This document shows positions 61,298 to 64,000 of a stretch of DNA of 64,000 nucleotides, in pieces. The stretch is from assembly GCA_963662545.2 (NCBI GenBank), contig CAXXLL010000002.1:1504001-1568000 (forward strand), read 5' to 3'. This DNA comes from Gammaproteobacteria bacterium (GTDB lineage: Bacteria; Pseudomonadota; Gammaproteobacteria; Ga0077536). Position 1 is the stretch's first letter, and each line of letters opens with the position of its first letter. Under the pieces are notes generated by a model. It was given only the letters and a program-made list of their open reading frames with translations, was not told the origin of the DNA and made no database searches. The position numbers and the translations under genes were made by a program.

Positions 61298-62500
61298 ATG
61301 CTTAACGTACTGCTCGCCTGGGAACTGGGCGGCGGCCTCGGGCATGTGAATCGGCTGTGCGCGCTGGGCGATGCGCTGGCCGCCGACGGCCGGCAGGTGC
61401 TTTATGCACTGGTACAGCCGTCCGCGCTCGACGACATTCCAGGGCCAAATGCACGTGAAGCCGTTCCGGCGCCATTTTTGAAGAAGCCGGAACAGGCACC
61501 GCCCTACCCGATCTGCAACTACGGTGAACTGTTGCTGCGCTGCGGCTACCGGCGGCCGGTGGAATTGTGGGAACTGTTCAACGGCTGGTGCCGGATCCTG
61601 AAGCAATACCAACCGCGCCTGTTGGTCGCCGATCATTCGCCGACCGCTTTGCTCGCAGCGCGCGCGCTCGGGATCCCGGCCGTTCGTTTCGGCACCGGCT
61701 TCGCCGCGCCGCCTTCGGCGACGCCCTTCCCCCTGCTGTCACCATCGCTCGAAAACTACCGCGAGCGCGTCGCCAAGAGCGAACAAGCCGTGCTCGAAAC
61801 CGTGAACCGGGTCCTCGTCGAATGTAAATACGATCCCTTGACGGTGCTCGAAGACATGTTTGACGGCATCGCGCGCGACTTCGTCGCATCTTTTCCCGAA
61901 CTCGACCAGTATCCGGGGCGCGAGGGGGTGGAATATTGCGGGCCGATAACTACATCTAACACCGGCATCCCGCCGCAATGGCCCGCCGAGCACGAACCGC
62001 GCGTGTTCGCCTATCTAAAGGGGAAGGATCCAAACTTCCGCGCGGCCGTCGCGCAACTCGCCGACAGCGGCGCCAATCTGCTGATCTTCGCCAGTGACGT
62101 CGATCCTGCGGTGGCAGCCCATTACGCCGCGCGCAACGTCGCGTTCGCGGAACAACCGGTCGATCTGGGCGAAGCGGCGGCGCAGGCCGATGCGGTCGTG
62201 TGCCACGCCGGTCACACGTCCGTGCTGCAATGCCTCGCGGCTGGTACGCCCCTGATCCTGCTGCCGACGTACCGCGAGCAGACCATGACAGCCGAGCGCG
62301 TCGTGGCCCTCGGTGCCGGCGTGGTGGCGGTTCCGACGAAGGCTTCCAGTCAGCTCGGCGCAAGCTTGACTCGAGTGCTGGAGGCAGACATCTGCAAAGC
62401 CGCCGCAGGGTTCGCCGAGGCGCATCGTACGCACTCCAGGGACGCCGCTCTGGAACGCCTTGTGGACGCCTGCCGAAACCTCGCCGGTCCATGCGATTGA
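61298..62500 (+). CDS. GT-B fold glycosyltransferase (GT1/GT28-like)
   Basis: AWELGGGLGH, ADHSP, VCHAGH, PTYREQ. Confidence 0.85.
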   Translation: MLNVLLAWELGGGLGHVNRLCALGDALAADGRQVLYALVQPSALDDIPGPNAREAVPAPFLKKPEQAPPYPICNYGELLLRCGYRRPVELWELFNGWCRILKQYQPRLLVADHSPTALLAARALGIPAVRFGTGFAAPPSATPFPLLSPSLENYRERVAKSEQAVLETVNRVLVECKYDPLTVLEDMFDGIARDFVASFPELDQYPGREGVEYCGPITTSNTGIPPQWPAEHEPRVFAYLKGKDPNFRAAVAQLADSGANLLIFASDVDPAVAAHYAARNVAFAEQPVDLGEAAAQADAVVCHAGHTSVLQCLAAGTPLILLPTYREQTMTAERVVALGAGVVAVPTKASSQLGASLTRVLEADICKAAAGFAEAHRTHSRDAALERLVDACRNLAGPCD

Positions 62501-62659
62501 ATTATAAGATAAATCCTATATCTACTTGTTTTACGTAGTAAAAAGCTTTATCTTCGCGGAGCAAGCGCGCTTAGCCGGGACGGTCGTGCGCGGCGTTTTG
62601 AAAGCCTCTCAACGTCGAGTCGCAGATCCCGTTGCATCATCCCCCCGGGGGGTATTTGA

Positions 62660-63914
62660 ATGAGCTTCATCGATCACGTTCGCGGCGTGTTTCTGTTCAC
62701 CGCCTTGCTCGCCAGCAGCAGCGTCGCAGCCTTGAGCGATTCGGAAGTCGACAAGCTGTTCAACGACGCACTCCTGCAGTCAGGCTCGGGCGATCTCGGC
62801 CTACGAGACCATTCTGAGCGAACGGCCGGGCGCCGGCCGTGTGCGGCTCGAACTCGCCCTCGCGAACTACCGCGCCCTGAATTACGCCGCCGCGCGTGCG
62901 GAAGCGCAGAAGGTGCTCGACGATCCGGCGACCCCTGAGAACGTACGTCAAACCGTCCGCGCCTTTCTGGCCGAGATCGACAAGTCGGACAGAAAGCACC
63001 TGTTCACGCCGTACCTGTCGTTCGGCTGGATCCACGATGACAATGTCAATGTGGGACCGGATTCCTCCGTCATCGACATCGGCACGACCACCTTGACGCT
63101 TGCCGCCGGCTCAAAGCCGCGCGAAGACGACGGCGTCCAGATCTCGGCCGGTATCAACCACCGCTACCTGTTCGACAACACCATGAGCATCGCCGGTGAC
63201 CAGGCGGCGGTTGCCTGGCTGAGCCAGGTGAGCCTGTTCCGCAACCAGTATTTCGACGAGGACGATTTTCATCTCAACGTCATTACCGTGCGCACCGGGC
63301 CATCATTTTTGGTCTCCCGGAAATGGCGGTTGCAACTCGACGGCGAATTCAACCACATCGCCATCGGCGACGACGCCATCGCCATCTACGGCGGTTTCAA
63401 CCCGTCGCTGAACTTCTTCATCAGTAACCAGTTGACCTTGACCTTCTCGGGCCAGATCCAGATCCGCGATTTCAACCGCGGCTCGGATAAGGATCGGGAC
63501 GGCGAGTACTATGCCGGCGGCGGCGCGATCGGCTATCAACTGGCGAATCTGCCCGTAGTCATCCGCTTCGGGTTCAGCGGCTTCACCGAAGACGCCGATA
63601 CCGCGCGCCGCTCCAACGACGGCTGGATTGCCAACGCCGGGGTCAACTGGCGGCCCATCCCCAAGGCGAACGTGTTCTTCAATTACTTCCATCGCGACCG
63701 CAAATACGATGGCGCGGAGCCCATCTTCGCGGTGAGGCGGGACGAGAACGAGGATCGCTTCTACGCGGGGGCCAGCTATCGGCTGATCGACGGCGGAACC
63801 CTGGACGGCCTGACTGTAAACTTTAGTTACACGAATACCGAACAGGACTCGAATGTGCCTATATTCGAGTTCGAACGCGACCAGTTCCTGCTGTCGCTGT
63901 CGAAAACCTTCTGA
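62660..63914 (+). pseudogene. TPR plus outer-membrane beta-barrel protein (Slam/DUF560-like), frameshifted near 62800
   Basis: Signal peptide at 62660; the next frame continues YETILSERPGAGRVRLELA; HDDNVN motif; ends in LSKTF (terminal Phe). Confidence 0.75.
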
Positions 63915-64000
63915 TCAAGTGTGAAACAGGCCACATAATTCCCCGCCGCATGCGCGTTTAATACGCCAATACGCGTCGAAAATTCCCACCACGAATTCGA

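Overview
A GC-rich, probably proteobacterial chromosomal region dominated by lipid, aromatic and CoA-ester catabolic genes: a DUF1329 protein, carotenoid-oxygenase-family dioxygenase, molybdopterin oxidoreductase with reductase, CoA transferases, acyl-CoA dehydrogenases and ligase, PQQ dehydrogenase, P450, amidase, AHL-lactonase-like hydrolase, folD and a MaoC/CoA-lyase cluster. It also carries an ECF sigma/anti-sigma/subtilase trio, two exosortase-target (PEP-CTERM/VPLPA-CTERM) genes in small repeat-bounded islands, and a CDP-sugar C-methylation/glycosyltransferase cluster. Mobile DNA comprises an IS256 with a nonsense codon, an ISL3 with a -1 frameshift, an IS630 splitting a Ser/Thr kinase, and IS6 remnants. 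Three items are not in the ORF track: (1) a probable selenoprotein, an exported heavy-metal-associated (HMA) domain with GMT-UGA-GSC and a SECIS-like hairpin (25965-26273); (2) a candidate TetR-controlled small RNA with three C-rich anti-Shine-Dalgarno-like motifs and a terminator (about 31356-31495); (3) two AphA-type operator palindromes upstream of the dioxygenase. All calls come from reading motifs by eye, with no database search. Several frameshifts and noisy duplications could be assembly errors.
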